Shown: positions 13,137 to 27,180, counted from the first letter of the whole stretch. The stretch is 63,953 nt of DNA, filler included, from Conidiobolus incongruus B7586 (GCA_000697335.1; 22 parts of 22 records of this genome joined end to end with filler, not necessarily neighbours in it); one strand, 5' to 3'. Notes: a model not told the origin generated them from the sequence alone. Program-made: numbers and translations.

Positions 13137-16100
13137 ACAATTAAACTATATTATATTGGTCGTAAAATTATAACATAGAGCTGGATTTCAATACAAAATT
13201 ATTGAGTGTATAAAATAAACCCCAAGAATATAAAATTGAAAATTAGATTACATATTATATGAAAGTCAATATCTTTCCAGTTGATTTAAATACTCTTGCA
13301 TTTTTATCGATTTTAATAAATATCAGTTGTTGTATTTGGTTTTAGTCTGAATATTTCTTATATCTTATCAAAAGAAATATACTGAAAAATATCATCTTTG
13401 TAAGATGGGTTATCAAATATTGTACATAATTCTCATTTACTATTTATAATAAATAAAGTGCTTTCGCAATAAATTTCATTTAACAGACAAATACACTGAT
13501 TAGCAAAGTTAATTGGTTAGCTAAATAATATGGTAAATGATAATAATTGACAATCATTATTTTAATGATTTTAATTTTAATTTTATTAAATTTTGCAATA
13601 CTGATTAATTCACAGATTTGGATTATAAATAAAATATGAATTCATCAATTTTGTTCGATATTTAAAATATAACTATTGAATAATTTATTTAGCGACCTTA
13701 CACTATCAGCTAGTTATTCGTTATATATATATATATATATATTTATCATTTCATTATTACCCAGTGAAGAATTAGGTTCATTTAATTATATTAATAATAT
13801 ATATATATTTAATGAAATTTTTCTAATATTTTGATAAATATTATTTTAGAATCAAACAAATAAGAAAATTTTAAATTTGAATTTTTTGAATACATTATAA
13901 TTTCAAAAAAGATTATATACAGAGCAAGTAAAATGATATAAAATTCTAACAAAATATATTTATACATATTTATATGGTTTTTCTTTGATTAGAAGATTAT
14001 CGTTTAAAAATAAATTATTAAATTTTATTATTCATATAATTAAAAATAATTATCAAAGTTCTCTTATTTAATATTATTAATACTTAACCAAAAACTTTTG
14101 AAAAATCATTCACAATATATAATAAATTATAACAAAAATTAATTTATATAATTTATAGGTTTTTTATAAAAGAATTATATAAAGTTTATTAAAATTTAAA
14201 CTATTAATCTGTATTTTTATATATATACTAATTAAAATAAAAGAATATATTAAAAAATATATTTATGTTTTAATTAAAAAATTTAAAAAATATTGATATT
14301 AATTATATCAATGAATTATATAAATCAAATATTATATTTAATCAATTAAAATATATATTTATTTAAAATAAAATTTAAAAAAAATTTTAATAAATTAATT
14401 ATTTTATAAACTTTAATTTTTAATAAATAAATAGTTTAATAATATTACTAATTAAAAAATAATACAATTATCAATAGTTGAATTATATTATTTTTATATT
14501 ATTTAATTATTTATTTTTATAAATTTTATATCAAATAACTTTATTTAAATCTGTTCTTTAGTATATTCCATAATTTAACTCTAAAATAAATAAATTATTT
14601 AATATAAATATTATAAGATATAAATTTATTATTAACTTTATTCACTTTGTTATAAATTTTATATTAAAATACTTTTATAACCATATATTATTTATAAATT
14701 TAATTAATCCTAAATCAAAAATATACCATATNNNNNNNNNNNNNNNNNNNNNNNNNNNNNNNNNNNNNNNNNNNNTTAATTAATTAANNNNNNNNNNNNN
14801 NNNNNNNNNNNNNNNNNNNNNNNNNNNNNNNTCTATCTAATATATATAATATATTAATTAATAAATACAAAAAATTATAATGATAATAGTATTATATCAT
14901 AAAATCTGTAATATAATAAAATATTTATATAATAAATAAAAAATTAATAAAATTCCTTAGATATATAAATTATTATATAAATTAATATAAGGTAATTTAA
15001 TATATTAAATTATATCTTATTTAAGGAATAATTGAAGGAAATAGTTTTATAATTAAAGGTTAATACTAATGGCGATATTGCAAACCAGAATTCTTATTAC
15101 TAGAAACTTTAATTTTTATAGTCCTACAAATATTAAATTAATTTTTCCTTTGAATTAAATATTGATGATGAAATAAAAGGAGGCCTGGTTTCAATGTATT
15201 CAAAAAACCATTGTTCAATTAAATATAGAATGAATACCACTTACTTTTTGCCTTTACTGTTTTATTTACAAATAATGATCTTATAGAAAATGCAAAAAAA
15301 TAATGATTAACTAAGTAATCTCAGGGTTGATTAATTATAAAAATCAAGACCAATTTTGTAATTAAATTGAATATATTTATATAATTGATTTTATAATAAT
15401 ATTACCATAAAAATATAATATTAAATTAAATTAAATAAAATAAAAAATATAATCATATCAGATAAAATATAGTAAAAATTTTAAGATCCAGTTTTTATAT
15501 TTATGAAAAGATAAAGATATTTGATTTAAAATAAATTTGATTAAAGCAAGGCATTATTATTTATATAATATATATTAAAAATACTGTTTTTATTAAATAA
15601 ATCAATCACAGACTCGAATTATATATAAACAAAAAATATTACTAAATAATAAAGTATTTAAGATATTTTGAATTTTGAATATATATATTAAACCGATCAA
15701 TATAGGTGAATTTTCAACTAATAAAAGATAGCTACGTCAATCATTAAAGTAACTATGATTGTTATATTACACTGAAAAGTCACATTGGTGGTTTCTTATA
15801 TTATAAACTAGTTGTTTCCTTTACTTTCCACCAGTGAAGTATTTTTGTCTATAAAAATCAACAATGAAAATTAATATAAAAATATCAAATGCAAAATAAT
15901 AAGCATCGTATAATTATATTCCAAAAATAACCAAGCTTTTAGATTACTCTTAATATTCCGAAACAATATCGAGTTATTATACATGTGAAATATTTATTTT
16001 ATTCAAAAAGCTCAATTTATAATAAGCTATTTTCACCTTGTTTGGTGAAGCCTATTAGTTTCCCTTAACTTATTGGTACACTCTTATTTACCATAAATAA

Positions 16101-16884
16101 TTACTTATTTAAGTTTTTGAAATCTATTTCTTTTTATATTTATAGTCTTCTAATTGAAACAAATTTTAAAAAATTAAAGCTATGGGGAATTGTGAAATCA
16201 ATACAATATATACCTTAAGTTTTAATATTTAATTTAATTGAATTTTTTTGTAAATAATATTTTTATTATTTTCTAAATATATTTGATTCAGATTTATTCA
16301 ATTATCAAAATGTGATTAATTAATAATTTTCTTTAATAATATTATATTTTAAAATTTAATCACTAAAATTTGAATTATTAGTGATTAAATACTTTTCATT
16401 AACAAATTAAAAAATATATTTTGATTTAAATAATGATAAGATATTTTCAAGTAATTACCTCACTCTTCAATATTTCATTCAATATTAATTTATTATAAAT
16501 TTCAAAATATTTAGTGGATAATATATTTTAATTAATTTAATTATATTGGATAGTTTTAAGATAAAAGTTTCTAGTTTTGAATTATGGATGAATAGCTGAT
16601 TCAGTTATATTGAATGGTTAAAAATTAGTTGTTGTATATTGACAATACAAATGATATCAGCATTTTATAATATCAAATTCAATTTTAATGATCTAAGTGA
16701 TAAACTAAAGTTTATAGTAAATATATAAATGAACTAAATTATTTTATTATATAATAAATATTAGATTGTACTGATACTGAATTTAATTGATATTTACTGA
16801 AATCAGTATCAAGTTTTCTCCCTAAAAATTGATCGAAATTTACATTAAAGTCTAAAAATATATTTTTAGTGCATGAGAAAAAAC

Positions 16885-18435
16885 TTATTTCAAGAGGGTA
16901 CATTTGGATTCCCTATTATTAGCATCCTTAGGAATCCAACCCTCATCCAATCCCAAAAAGTAATCCCAGAGGGGATTAAGATGGCTACCAGTTTGGAAGT
17001 TCCAGAAGAACCAGCCCAATCCACCAAGCTCAAATGCATCCATTTGATATTCAACGAACTTTTTCAAGAATTGTTTATACTCTGGAGTGTAGTTCTTCCA
17101 GTCCAAATGCTGGTGACATTTGCAGTCTTTGCAATTGATATTGTCGCGACCTTGACTGTAATCATCATTCATTCTGTTTCCCATTTTGATGCCGTTGACA
17201 TAGGGGCCACAATCGTTCGTGGCGACTGAGAATTCACCGCAAACAGTCGCTCCAAACTCTTGAGTGCCGACTTTGTAGTCAGCTTGCCATGCTTTGCATG
17301 GAATTTGGAGGATTTTTTCCCATTCAAGATCGTATACGTCGGGACTAAATGCAACGTAGTTGTTGCCGTTTATTGCTACATTCTTATATTCTGATTTGGG
17401 CATCACTTTGGACCAGTGTTGGAACCCCTTGAATGCTTCAGAATAGACTAAGAGTGGTGAAGTTCCATTGTTACTGAATTTGCCTCGAATCATCCTATAG
17501 CTATCCTTATAAAAGTTTTCAACCAATTTTAATCCCTTATCATCGTAAGTTCTTGGCTCGTTAAGTACGGTAAACATGGTGACGACATTGGAGAATTGAG
17601 GTTGACTGAAATATTCGATAGTGTTCATCATTATATCATTGAATCGTTTCACTAAAGCATCGTTGTTAGGGTTTGTAGTGTTCAAGAATTCTGTAGGTCC
17701 TACTCTGCCACTATGGTTCCACCCGTTCTGACTACCAGGAGCAGTGTGAAAATCAATTTGAACTCTGATTCCATACTTTCTGCACCATTGGACAGCTCTC
17801 AACAAGTAGTACCAGCTGCCATATACATAAGGTTCATCATCCTTAATATCAACAGCCCAGTAAGGAATAGGAATTCTAACGTGATTGAGACCAGCATCTC
17901 TGATCTTTTTGATAGTACCTTCAGTAACAAAAGTATCATAGTGATTGTGCAACAATTCTTTACACTTGGATTTACCCAACTTTTGGCAAAGTGTCCATTC
18001 GTCCACCACATTTTCACTTGGATCGAAATTCGAGAATAGATTGGGAGTCAAGAATGGTTCCAATACTAACCAACCGCCAAGATTTACACCACGAATGGGT
18101 GTCTTTCCGTAAGGGAACGCTTCCTTGAGTTTGGGAGTGTATTGGTTTGGTTGCTGATCGTCGTTATAGTCACCCAAATTGTGAGGGATCCATTTGAAGT
18201 TGGGAGCTCCCTTCAAAGCCTTTTCAGTCTCCCTCTTATCCAACTCACTTCCCAAAGGTTGAGCACCTGATGATGGGGTATCATCATTAGGCTCCAAGCC
18301 GAATGCTCTCATTACACTTGGAGGCTTAACACCAACCAACAAGATTAAAAATATGATACCAACTACAATAATGATTCCGAATATTAGCCACAACCACCAA
18401 TATCTCTTCCAAATAGATTTTTTCTTCTCTTCCAT
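16885..18435 (-). CDS. GH5 (subfamily 9-like) exo-beta-1,3-glucanase with N-terminal membrane anchor, 516 aa, intronless
   Basis: Motifs RGVNLGGWLVLEP, VRIPIPYW, HTAPGSQNGWNHSG, catalytic VLNEP and GEFS, GWFFWNF. Basic patch plus hydrophobic TM at the N-terminus. First ATG is at 18435 (the ORF track starts at TTG). Confidence 0.95.
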   Translation of the reverse strand: MEEKKKSIWKRYWWLWLIFGIIIVVGIIFLILLVGVKPPSVMRAFGLEPNDDTPSSGAQPLGSELDKRETEKALKGAPNFKWIPHNLGDYNDDQQPNQYTPKLKEAFPYGKTPIRGVNLGGWLVLEPFLTPNLFSNFDPSENVVDEWTLCQKLGKSKCKELLHNHYDTFVTEGTIKKIRDAGLNHVRIPIPYWAVDIKDDEPYVYGSWYYLLRAVQWCRKYGIRVQIDFHTAPGSQNGWNHSGRVGPTEFLNTTNPNNDALVKRFNDIMMNTIEYFSQPQFSNVVTMFTVLNEPRTYDDKGLKLVENFYKDSYRMIRGKFSNNGTSPLLVYSEAFKGFQHWSKVMPKSEYKNVAINGNNYVAFSPDVYDLEWEKILQIPCKAWQADYKVGTQEFGATVCGEFSVATNDCGPYVNGIKMGNRMNDDYSQGRDNINCKDCKCHQHLDWKNYTPEYKQFLKKFVEYQMDAFELGGLGWFFWNFQTGSHLNPLWDYFLGLDEGWIPKDANNRESKCTLLK

Positions 18436-19723
18436 TATCAATTCATTAACAAAAAATTAGATCAATTTCATTTAATCAAGGCTAAAGGAATTATTTATAC
18501 CATGTAAAATTCATTTTAATTGTAATTAAACATGATTAAATTTAGTAATAGAAAAATTTTACAGTGTGACAATTAAGATTAGATTTGGGAAAATCTAATT
18601 CATTAAATTTAAATATAATTAGAATTATTTCAATTAAATTTTAATGATTAGACGTGTTTGAAAAAGTGTACCAAAATTTTATGGACAAATTTCAAATTTA
18701 ATTTCAATATTAAATACTATTAATTAATTATATTTAATCATCATTCAAATTATAATATTTTTATTTTCAAGAGATATTTTTTCAAAATGTGAATAGTGAA
18801 AATCTAAATTGAAATAAATATTTAAACATCTAAATAAGATTCTTTGGGATTATTTGATAATAAAATAACTTAATTTGTGAAGATTTTATTTAAATATTCG
18901 ATATATCATAATTATATATCTGAGTTAATAATTAATATAACTTAAATATTTAATTAATATTAAACAAATATTATAATATAATTATTTCATTAGAAATATA
19001 TAAAAAAATAATATAATAAAAAAATAAAACTAAGGCCTATATAATATAAACTATAATACATAATAACTATAGTTTAATAATTAAATTAATTTATATATAT
19101 ATATTAAAAGTCATTTCGAATACTATACATTTATAAAATTAAAATATATCTTATAAAAGAAACAATATATTATTTTCATCAAAATATTTTAATAATGATA
19201 TTATTATTCAATTAATAACAATTATAAAATTGCAATACATTTCATCAAAAGTTTAAAAAAATAAATAATTTTCAAAAATCAATATGTTATTCAAAAAAAT
19301 ATATAATTTAAGTAAAATAACTAATATATTTTCTTTGTGTTAGTTATTATTTAATTACAGACTAAAAAATTAATCACTATAAAATATGTTTGCTTTTGTA
19401 AAATAGATTAATATTTGAAACCATTGATATTATAATATATATTGAAATATATATTGAAAATTTTAAATTATAAATATACTTAAGATCTATAATATAGTTT
19501 CAAGTTAAAATTAATAAATATTTTGAACAAAAATATAAAAATTAGAATTAATCAATTATTAATAAGAATTAAAACAACTAAATATAAATATATATATTAT
19601 CTATTTATTAATTTATATTTTATNNNNNNNNNNNNNNNNNNNNNNNNNNNNNNNNNNNNNNNNNNNNTTAATTAATTAANNNNNNNNNNNNNNNNNNNNN
19701 NNNNNNNNNNNNNNNNNNNNNNN

Positions 19724-20748
19724 TTATAAAGATAGTGTTTTATCTAAAACTACCATATATCACTAGATTTGTGATTTTAAAGCTAGAAGGGATATTATTC
19801 AAAATATACCAAAATTTAAAAGACTAATTTCTATTATTACTCTTTTACTTACTAATAGGATAAAAAAATATATTAAAAAATACCTTTTTATTTCTACTAG
19901 AGAATTATCAAAGTAATTTAATATTAATTATATAAGCATGTTATATTTACTTAAGTTTAAACTTAGATTAATTAATAAAAATATAAAATTGAAATCTTAA
20001 ATTTAATAGAAGCCTAAAAAAAACTAGAATAGCTATAGCTAAACTAAACTTATTAAGATATAACCAAAAACAAAGGTTTTTATAATAAATACTTATAATT
20101 AATGAATCTTGGATTTTTTTATATAATTCTTCACCTAAAAATAAAATAAGATATTTGGTTAAGCCAAATCAATCCCCTTTATAAATTCTAATAAATAAAC
20201 ATTTTAAATATAAATAAATATTAATTATTATAATAGATTATAATGGTATATAGTCTTTTTATTTAATACCTCAAGAAAAATCAATTAATAATAAGTTATA
20301 AATTATTTTTTTAAATAAAACAATTTCTAAATGGTGTTTTCAATATAAATTAAGGATATCTATTATTTTGCATAATAATTATAAAATATATAAAGCTAAA
20401 GCTATAAAAGATTCTTTATAAAAAAATTGAAGGGAGTTACCATATCTAGTATATTTACCTGATTATAACCCATATGATTATTATTATTTTAGACAATTAA
20501 AAAAATAGCTTGCAGGAAAAAATATTCCTATAGAAAATTAAATTAATTTGTGAAATATCAAATTTCAGTCTTTGATAAAAAGAACTATTTTTTTGGTATT
20601 AGAAGCTTACCAAAAGTATAGAAAAAAGTTATTAATAATAAAGGAGGCTATTAATTTTATAATATCAATTAATTTTTTATATTATTTATTAATTTATTTG
20701 TTTAATTTTAATATTAAAATTATGTTATTATTTAATTTCTATTCTTAT
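19724..20748 (+). mobile_element. Degenerate mariner copy (subfamily a), 5' cut by gap
   Basis: Near-colinear with 61465-62495. 'aatgaatcttgg' (DESW), 'cctgattataacccatatgat' (PDYNPCD) and 'ggaggctattaa' (GGY*). Confidence 0.9.
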
Positions 20749-21235
20749 ATTATTAGCTATTTTAATATATATTAAGTAATTCAAAATAATATTAATTATA
20801 TATTTAGATTTAAGTTTAATTATAATAGAAATATAACTAGAACTATAAAACTATATAAAAGTATAGATTAATTTTAATATCATTATATATATTATATATT
20901 TAACATACTAGTTTATAAAAATATGTTATAAAATGAAATATATATATTTTTACTAATAATTAAAATACTTTTATATATTAGATTACTAGAAATTATAATA
21001 TATAGTTAGATTTCATTAANNNNNNNNNNNNNNNNNNNNNNNNNNNNNNNNNNNNNNNNNNNNTTAATTAATTAANNNNNNNNNNNNNNNNNNNNNNNNN
21101 NNNNNNNNNNNNNNNNNNNAAAATTTTAACTTAGTTAAAATTCATCATTTTTATATTCACTTATTATAGTCTTTCAATTATGATTTGGTAATCATTTAAA
21201 TATTTCTCTAATTTTTTTAAAATAGTTAAAATATC

Positions 21236-21265
21236 AATAATAATAATAATAATAATAATAATAAT
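21236..21265. repeat. (AAT)n microsatellite
   Basis: aataataataataataataataataataat. Confidence 0.85.
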
Positions 21266-21615
21266 CTATTTTTATAATTTAATTATCAATAATATAGATT
21301 TAATAAAAAATAGATATAAATAACATTATTAAAATTAATATATATTTTATATGAAAAAATCTATAATATTTTAGTTGAATAATGATAATAGCTATAATAT
21401 TGATTAAAAAGTAAATTTAAATTATATTTATTCTTTTTATAATTTAATTAAATTTATTCTTGGTCAAATTTGATATAAATTTTTAATTATTAAAAATTCT
21501 TGAAATCCCATAAATTTTTTAATGAGATAAAATATATATATTGAACCTATAATTCAAATGACTCTGGTATCAAGCTATATACACAAATTCAAACCCAATA
21601 AATCAATAAAATATT

Positions 21616-22619
21616 ATGAGTAGAGGTCGCGGAGGATTCCGGGGGCGTGGAGGTGGACCTGGTGCGGGTCGTGGAGGTGGCACTTTACCCACTGGTACCT
21701 CAGTGAACCCCGATTTTATTCCAGAATTTCAAAATACATTAACCAAATTATTTCCAGTAAATAATAATATATTCTATAATAATTCAAAATAATAATTTAT
21801 AAATATACTTCTATAGGAAATTCATTTACAAGTACCCACCGATGACAAAATTCAAAATAAATTTTATAATATTCAATATCGTAAATTAGTTAGAAATTTG
21901 AGCCAGTCGGCTTTTTTTATAGTTGAAGGGAAGCAAATTAATGGTATTTATTTATTTAACTAGAATCTATAGTGATATTAATAAGAATTATTTTGATGTA
22001 GACATTCAAAGATTTTCAGACCGTTTTATAACTAATATTCAAACTAATCAAGGTAGTTTGACAGATATTCCAGTTGGTAATTATTTAATATTTATTTTCA
22101 GCTATCATAATTCATTTATTTTATTAATTAGATTATAATTGTTTACCTGAAGAATTACACTCTGTATCTAATCCCAAAAAGAAAAAAAGAGGTAAAAAAA
22201 TATTTTATTTAAAAATTTTAAGAATTTTAAATATATTAATATTTTAATTTAGTTCAAAAGGATTTGGGTGTAGTTCAATTAGATAATAAAATAATAGATC
22301 AAATTTTTGATAATTTGAAATATGAACAAGTCATTTCATATTTATATTTGTTAATTTAATAAATTCTTATTAAGATTGATTTTAGGATGGAATTATTGAA
22401 AATCAAGAAGGAGGCGATGACAATGACAATGATGAAGAATTGGAAGAAGATCGCGATCAATACGACGATGAAATTGATGCAGATAACGATTACGGTGAAG
22501 ATTACTTTTCAAATGGTGAAAATGACTATTTTGACGATTATGATAATGGTAATTCATTTTATTTATATACTTATACCATTTTTATTAATTATTATAATGC
22601 TTTTTTAGATGATTATTAA
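21616..22619 (+). CDS. RPC31: RNA polymerase III subunit C31 (RPC7/POLR3G family), 7 exons, 217 aa
   Basis: Exons 21616-21756, 21817-21943, 22002-22076, 22132-22191, 22253-22329, 22386-22548 and 22609-22619 (GT-AG introns of 55-61 nt) join in frame. RGG-rich N-terminus MSRGRGGFRGRGGG, DIQRFSDRF, LPEEL, acidic tail with DNDYGEDYFSNGE. Confidence 0.88.
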
Positions 22620-23509
22620 GTACTGACAATATTCAAATTCATTAGTTTTGATTATTTTTTCTATCCCGTATATTTAGCTCCAATATTGATTCAATTGATA
22701 TTTTGGTGATATCAAGTTAATGTATTTATATTGGTAAAATATCTAATAATACAAATATTCTATAGATTATATCAAATCAATTATTCAAATAAATAAATTT
22801 TTTTAAAATTAATCAAAATTATTTTATTTTTTATTTTCAAATTATATTTTATATAATAATATTTTTTACCAAATCTTTATATTATAATAGTTCATAATAT
22901 TAATACTAATTTAAATATATATATATATATTATTTTACAAAAACATAGTTTATTTAAGGAATATAATAATTGAAATTGATTAATTGACTAATTATGCAGT
23001 ATCAATTGGGTTATAAAATTCAATAAAATTGAAAAAATTATAAACCAGGAATTATTTTTGAATATACTCATTGATAGTTGATTTTTTTTCAAATTTTAAT
23101 TTTGTTGTAATTTTTTAAAATTGAATATTTTTACAAATATTTAATTTATCAAATTATCACTATAAAATTAATAATATTTAATTACATAAGTGATAGATTT
23201 ATTCAATATATTTGGAATTAAAATTTTAATATAATTTCAAAATTGATATATTGATTAAAAAACTCGATATGAATCAATGTTTTAAAGGAGAATAAATGAT
23301 AGTATTGATGTTAAATTGATTTTATACTTTGATATATTACTATTATGTAATTTCATATTTATCAAATTTGTGAAAATTTTTTTTGGTAATATAAAATATT
23401 CATCAAATAATTTTGAAAATAATTCTCTAAATTATGAAATTTTATAGTAATTACTGGTAATCCTAAATTTGAAACATTTGAAGTTACCTAGTATTTTTTA
23501 AATCAAATA

Positions 23510-23997
23510 TTAGTTTAGAAAGAAAAAATAGCTAATTTTTTAATTTCTGACTTTTCAATTATATTGCTAGTTTTGAATATATATAAATATATATATATAT
23601 ATAATAAATAAGAGAGTTAATAATTTAATATAATATATATGCTTTTTAATTATTTTTTATTAAAATATTTTTAACTCAAAATTAAAGATTAAACTTAATT
23701 ATATTTAAATTAAATAGTGATTATCAAAAATCTTTTATTTTAATATCACTAAATCTTAATTATAAACCTTTTAAAATTATTTAAGATTTACAGAAAACTT
23801 ATAAAGATAATATTTTATTAAAATATACTATTTACTATTAGATTTATAATTTTAAAGTTAAATGGGATATGATTTAAAATTAATTTAAATATAAATAATT
23901 AATTTTTAATATCACTCTTTAATTAATTAATTATATAAAAAAATATTTTAAAAAACATTTTTCTTAGTTAAAAAATTATTTAAATAATTTAATATTA
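23510..23997 (+). mobile_element. Mariner 5' portion including left TIR
   Basis: 'ta-ttagtttagaaagaaaaaatagctaattttttaatttct' matches the left end at 61176. It is followed by the transposase N-terminus relic 'gattatcaaaaatcttttattttaatatc'. Confidence 0.75.
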
Positions 23998-24148
23998 NNN
24001 NNNNNNNNNNNNNNNNNNNNNNNNNNNNNNNNNNNNNNNNNTTAATTAATTAANNNNNNNNNNNNNNNNNNNNNNNNNNNNNNNNNNNNNNNNNNNNAGA
24101 TATTAAATTCAGAAAAGAATTATTATAATAAAACTATAAAATTAAAAG

Positions 24149-24179
<31 letters not shown>

Positions 24180-24471
24180 GTTAATATTATTTTGGTTTTA
24201 TACTTTATATATAATTAACACTTCAATCTAATAATATATTTCAAAAATCAAATATTAAAAAATTTACCATTTTTTAAATTAAATTTAATATTTATAAAAA
24301 AATTAATATTTCTGAATTAAAATAATTAGAGATTAAAAAATGAAGCTGAATTACTGGTACCACACTAATATAATAGCATATTAGATAATTTGCATCTTAT
24401 TTTTTTTCTAAGTTCACATTTAAACTGTATTTGATTATTTATATATATTTTTAATTTATGTAAATGACAAA

Positions 24472-25770
24472 TTAAACTTTAACAAACCAATTAGGATTTT
24501 GTTGAAATTTCATCCATAATAAAAATCCGCAAGAAATAGCGTAGCATGAAGCTGCATACAATTGACTAGGAAAATAGTTTACATAATCACCATGAGTGTT
24601 AGCTTGAACGATTGCCAAAGCGATAAAGGTACCCAACGCATAGCCAGCTGTCGAGCTGGTGTAGAACAAACCATTGACTTTAGCCAATTTCTCCAATCCA
24701 AACAACTGAGGTGCGATGAGTGATGAGAGGGAGAAAAATCCTCCTGAAAAGAAGCCGAAGGTGAGTGCAAAGGCAACTAAAGATCGGACGGTAGTGGCAA
24801 AATTCCAAATTAACAGAAATGACAAACTGACAATAATATTACACAAGGTCAAGGTATTAATATTACCGAATTTGTCGGAAATTCTACCCAATAATACACG
24901 TCCGAATGCAGAAGAACCGCTGATTAAACCAACGATAACACTAGCAGTATATTTTTCAATTTCGTAATGAGCACAATATAAGGGAAGAGTATATAAAGGA
25001 ATCCAATAACCAAACCCGATCACAAATCCCATACCCCAAAAGGCGATAAATTTGTAATCTTTGATCAATTCAGTTTCAAAAATTTTCTTGGGTGGTGCAA
25101 ATTGTTCTCTGGGTCTAATAACAAAACTAAGTCCAATAACAATAATAGCACCAATCACTCCATGCAAGCGGAGTGCCCATTTAAGACTGAATAATTCAAT
25201 CAATTTCTGAATGAGAGGAGCTAAAGTTAACCCACCAATGCCGGTCCCTGCAGAAATAAGGCCCATCGCAAGTCCACGATACTGGCTAAACCACTGAGGA
25301 GTGAGACTGACTGTTGGAATAAAGCATAAGCTAACACCAACACCTAGCAACAAAGCTTGACTTAGAAACAGATGCCATACTTTGGTAGAAAATGAAACCA
25401 ATACTAATGCTAAGCCAAAGAGAATTGCACCGACGATCAAATTCACTTTATGACCGTACTTGGCAAGTATAAAACCTGATGGAAGGGCAAATAAAGAATA
25501 AACTGCTGCACATGATCCTCCTACCAATCCTAGAATAGATTGAGTAGTATGGAATATGTCTAATTCGTAGTATTGTGCCATATAGACACCATAAATGGCA
25601 GTGGTTCCAAACACTACAAATTGAACCATAAAGGCTCCAAATGCCATTAGCCAAGAGTATGCCGAGTCGACAGGCGGCAACGATTGATTAGGAACTTCAA
25701 TAGAAGTGTACCTATTTCTTTGGTTGAGAGGAGTATTCTCATTGGCTAAATTTAAATCTTTACTTATCAT
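24472..25770 (-). CDS. MFS transporter, monocarboxylate porter (MCT/Mch-like), 432 aa
   Basis: PPVDSAYSWL N-terminal motif, QWFSQYRGLAMG, GRVLLGRISDKFG and about 12 hydrophobic segments. First ATG at 25770. Confidence 0.93.
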   Translation of the reverse strand: MISKDLNLANENTPLNQRNRYTSIEVPNQSLPPVDSAYSWLMAFGAFMVQFVVFGTTAIYGVYMAQYYELDIFHTTQSILGLVGGSCAAVYSLFALPSGFILAKYGHKVNLIVGAILFGLALVLVSFSTKVWHLFLSQALLLGVGVSLCFIPTVSLTPQWFSQYRGLAMGLISAGTGIGGLTLAPLIQKLIELFSLKWALRLHGVIGAIIVIGLSFVIRPREQFAPPKKIFETELIKDYKFIAFWGMGFVIGFGYWIPLYTLPLYCAHYEIEKYTASVIVGLISGSSAFGRVLLGRISDKFGNINTLTLCNIIVSLSFLLIWNFATTVRSLVAFALTFGFFSGGFFSLSSLIAPQLFGLEKLAKVNGLFYTSSTAGYALGTFIALAIVQANTHGDYVNYFPSQLYAASCYAISCGFLLWMKFQQNPNWFVKV

Positions 25771-25854
25771 TTTAATCAAATTAAAGTGAAACTAACACTT
25801 TTCGTGATCATCTATGGAAATTATACCGTTTTTATATCTTGAAAACAATTTACT

Positions 25855-25863
25855 ATGACTCAT
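25855..25863. promoter_or_regulatory. Gcn4/CpcA (AP-1) consensus site ATGACTCAT upstream of the MFS gene
   Basis: Perfect 9-mer ~85 nt upstream of the ATG, just upstream of a minus-strand TATAAAA (25830-25836). Confidence 0.4.
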
Positions 25864-27180
25864 TAATTCATGATTAGCATTTGTCACAAGGGTTGTCAAT
25901 ATGTGGATAAAAACAAAATTCTCTATTAATACTACTTAATTCAATCATACATTATTCTTATGACTTTTAGAAAAGAGCTCAAATGATGATGTATATCCAT
26001 TTAATTAAAATATTTTTAGAAATTATTAGGGTTGATTTGTAAAGTGTTGAAATATTAAAATGAATACTTAACTCATATATTATTAAATAATATTTATAGT
26101 ATTTGAACCGTATTCAATCATCTTCAAATATATTGATTATTTATTAAAACAAAAATATTTAAGCTCTATAACAGTAGATGTATTATATTTCAAAAGTACT
26201 GTAATATTATATATTGTTCAAAACCGTTACAAGTGGATTATATATAGATTTTATTATTTTTTTTACAGATATCAATTAATTCAATTGATTCTACAAATTC
26301 ATCAATTTATAAACTTGGACTTAAAAGAGTAATTTTGATGAAGGAAAATAGAAAAACTTTGATTATTCTGTTAAATAATAGAAAATAAAAAATATTTAAT
26401 ATCAAATTTATATTAAACAATATAAGATATTACACTTGTTAGAAATATTCTGGCATTTTAACTTAATTATTAAACAATTAAAAAGGTATTAGTTATTGAT
26501 ATCAAATTTCTTACTATATTTAAATTATAAATTAATTAATAATTAGTATTAACATAAAAATTTAATATTTATTTTAATTATTCAAAACTTATATTAAGTA
26601 AATAAATCTATATATATTTGGTCTGAATAATCAAAATTGTTTATTATTTTGTATAGTTGAGTATATTACCAGAATAGGAAATTTATGTTATAAAAAATAA
26701 TTTTTAAATATTATATGATTATTTAAGATAATATTAATTTTTCTAATATTTGAGTTAATTAAGTACTGCCAATGATTATCAATATTAACAAAAAATATAT
26801 TATTATATAGTTTTTAATATTTGAAAAATTCAAAAACATTTTTCTTTTAAATTATTTAATCAACTTTATTATATTATTATTAATATAAAATCCTAAATAA
26901 TTATAATTAAAAATTGTAATTATAATATTAAGAAAAATTTAAAAATTCTATTAAAATTCGAATATGATCAAAATATGAAAAATATTATAATTAGAAATAA
27001 TTTTATATTTGGAAATTAATAAATAATTAATTATAATAAAATATTAATCAAAACAAATATAATTAAATTAAAATTAATTTNNNNNNNNNNNNNNNNNNNN
27101 NNNNNNNNNNNNNNNNNNNNNNNNTTAATTAATTAANNNNNNNNNNNNNNNNNNNNNNNNNNNNNNNNNNNNNNNNNNNN

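Noticed and set aside
15783..15836. Hairpin CATTGGTGG...CCACCAGTG
   Set aside because: Only a 9-bp imperfect stem with no other ncRNA or MITE features.
16873..18039. Short ORFs overlapping the GH5 gene
   Set aside because: Shadows of the GC-richer real CDS, with no motifs. The same applies to those over the MFS, ETF-alpha and secreted-protein genes.
20572..20775. 67-aa ORF
   Set aside because: Out-of-frame chance ORF within the mutated mariner 3' end.
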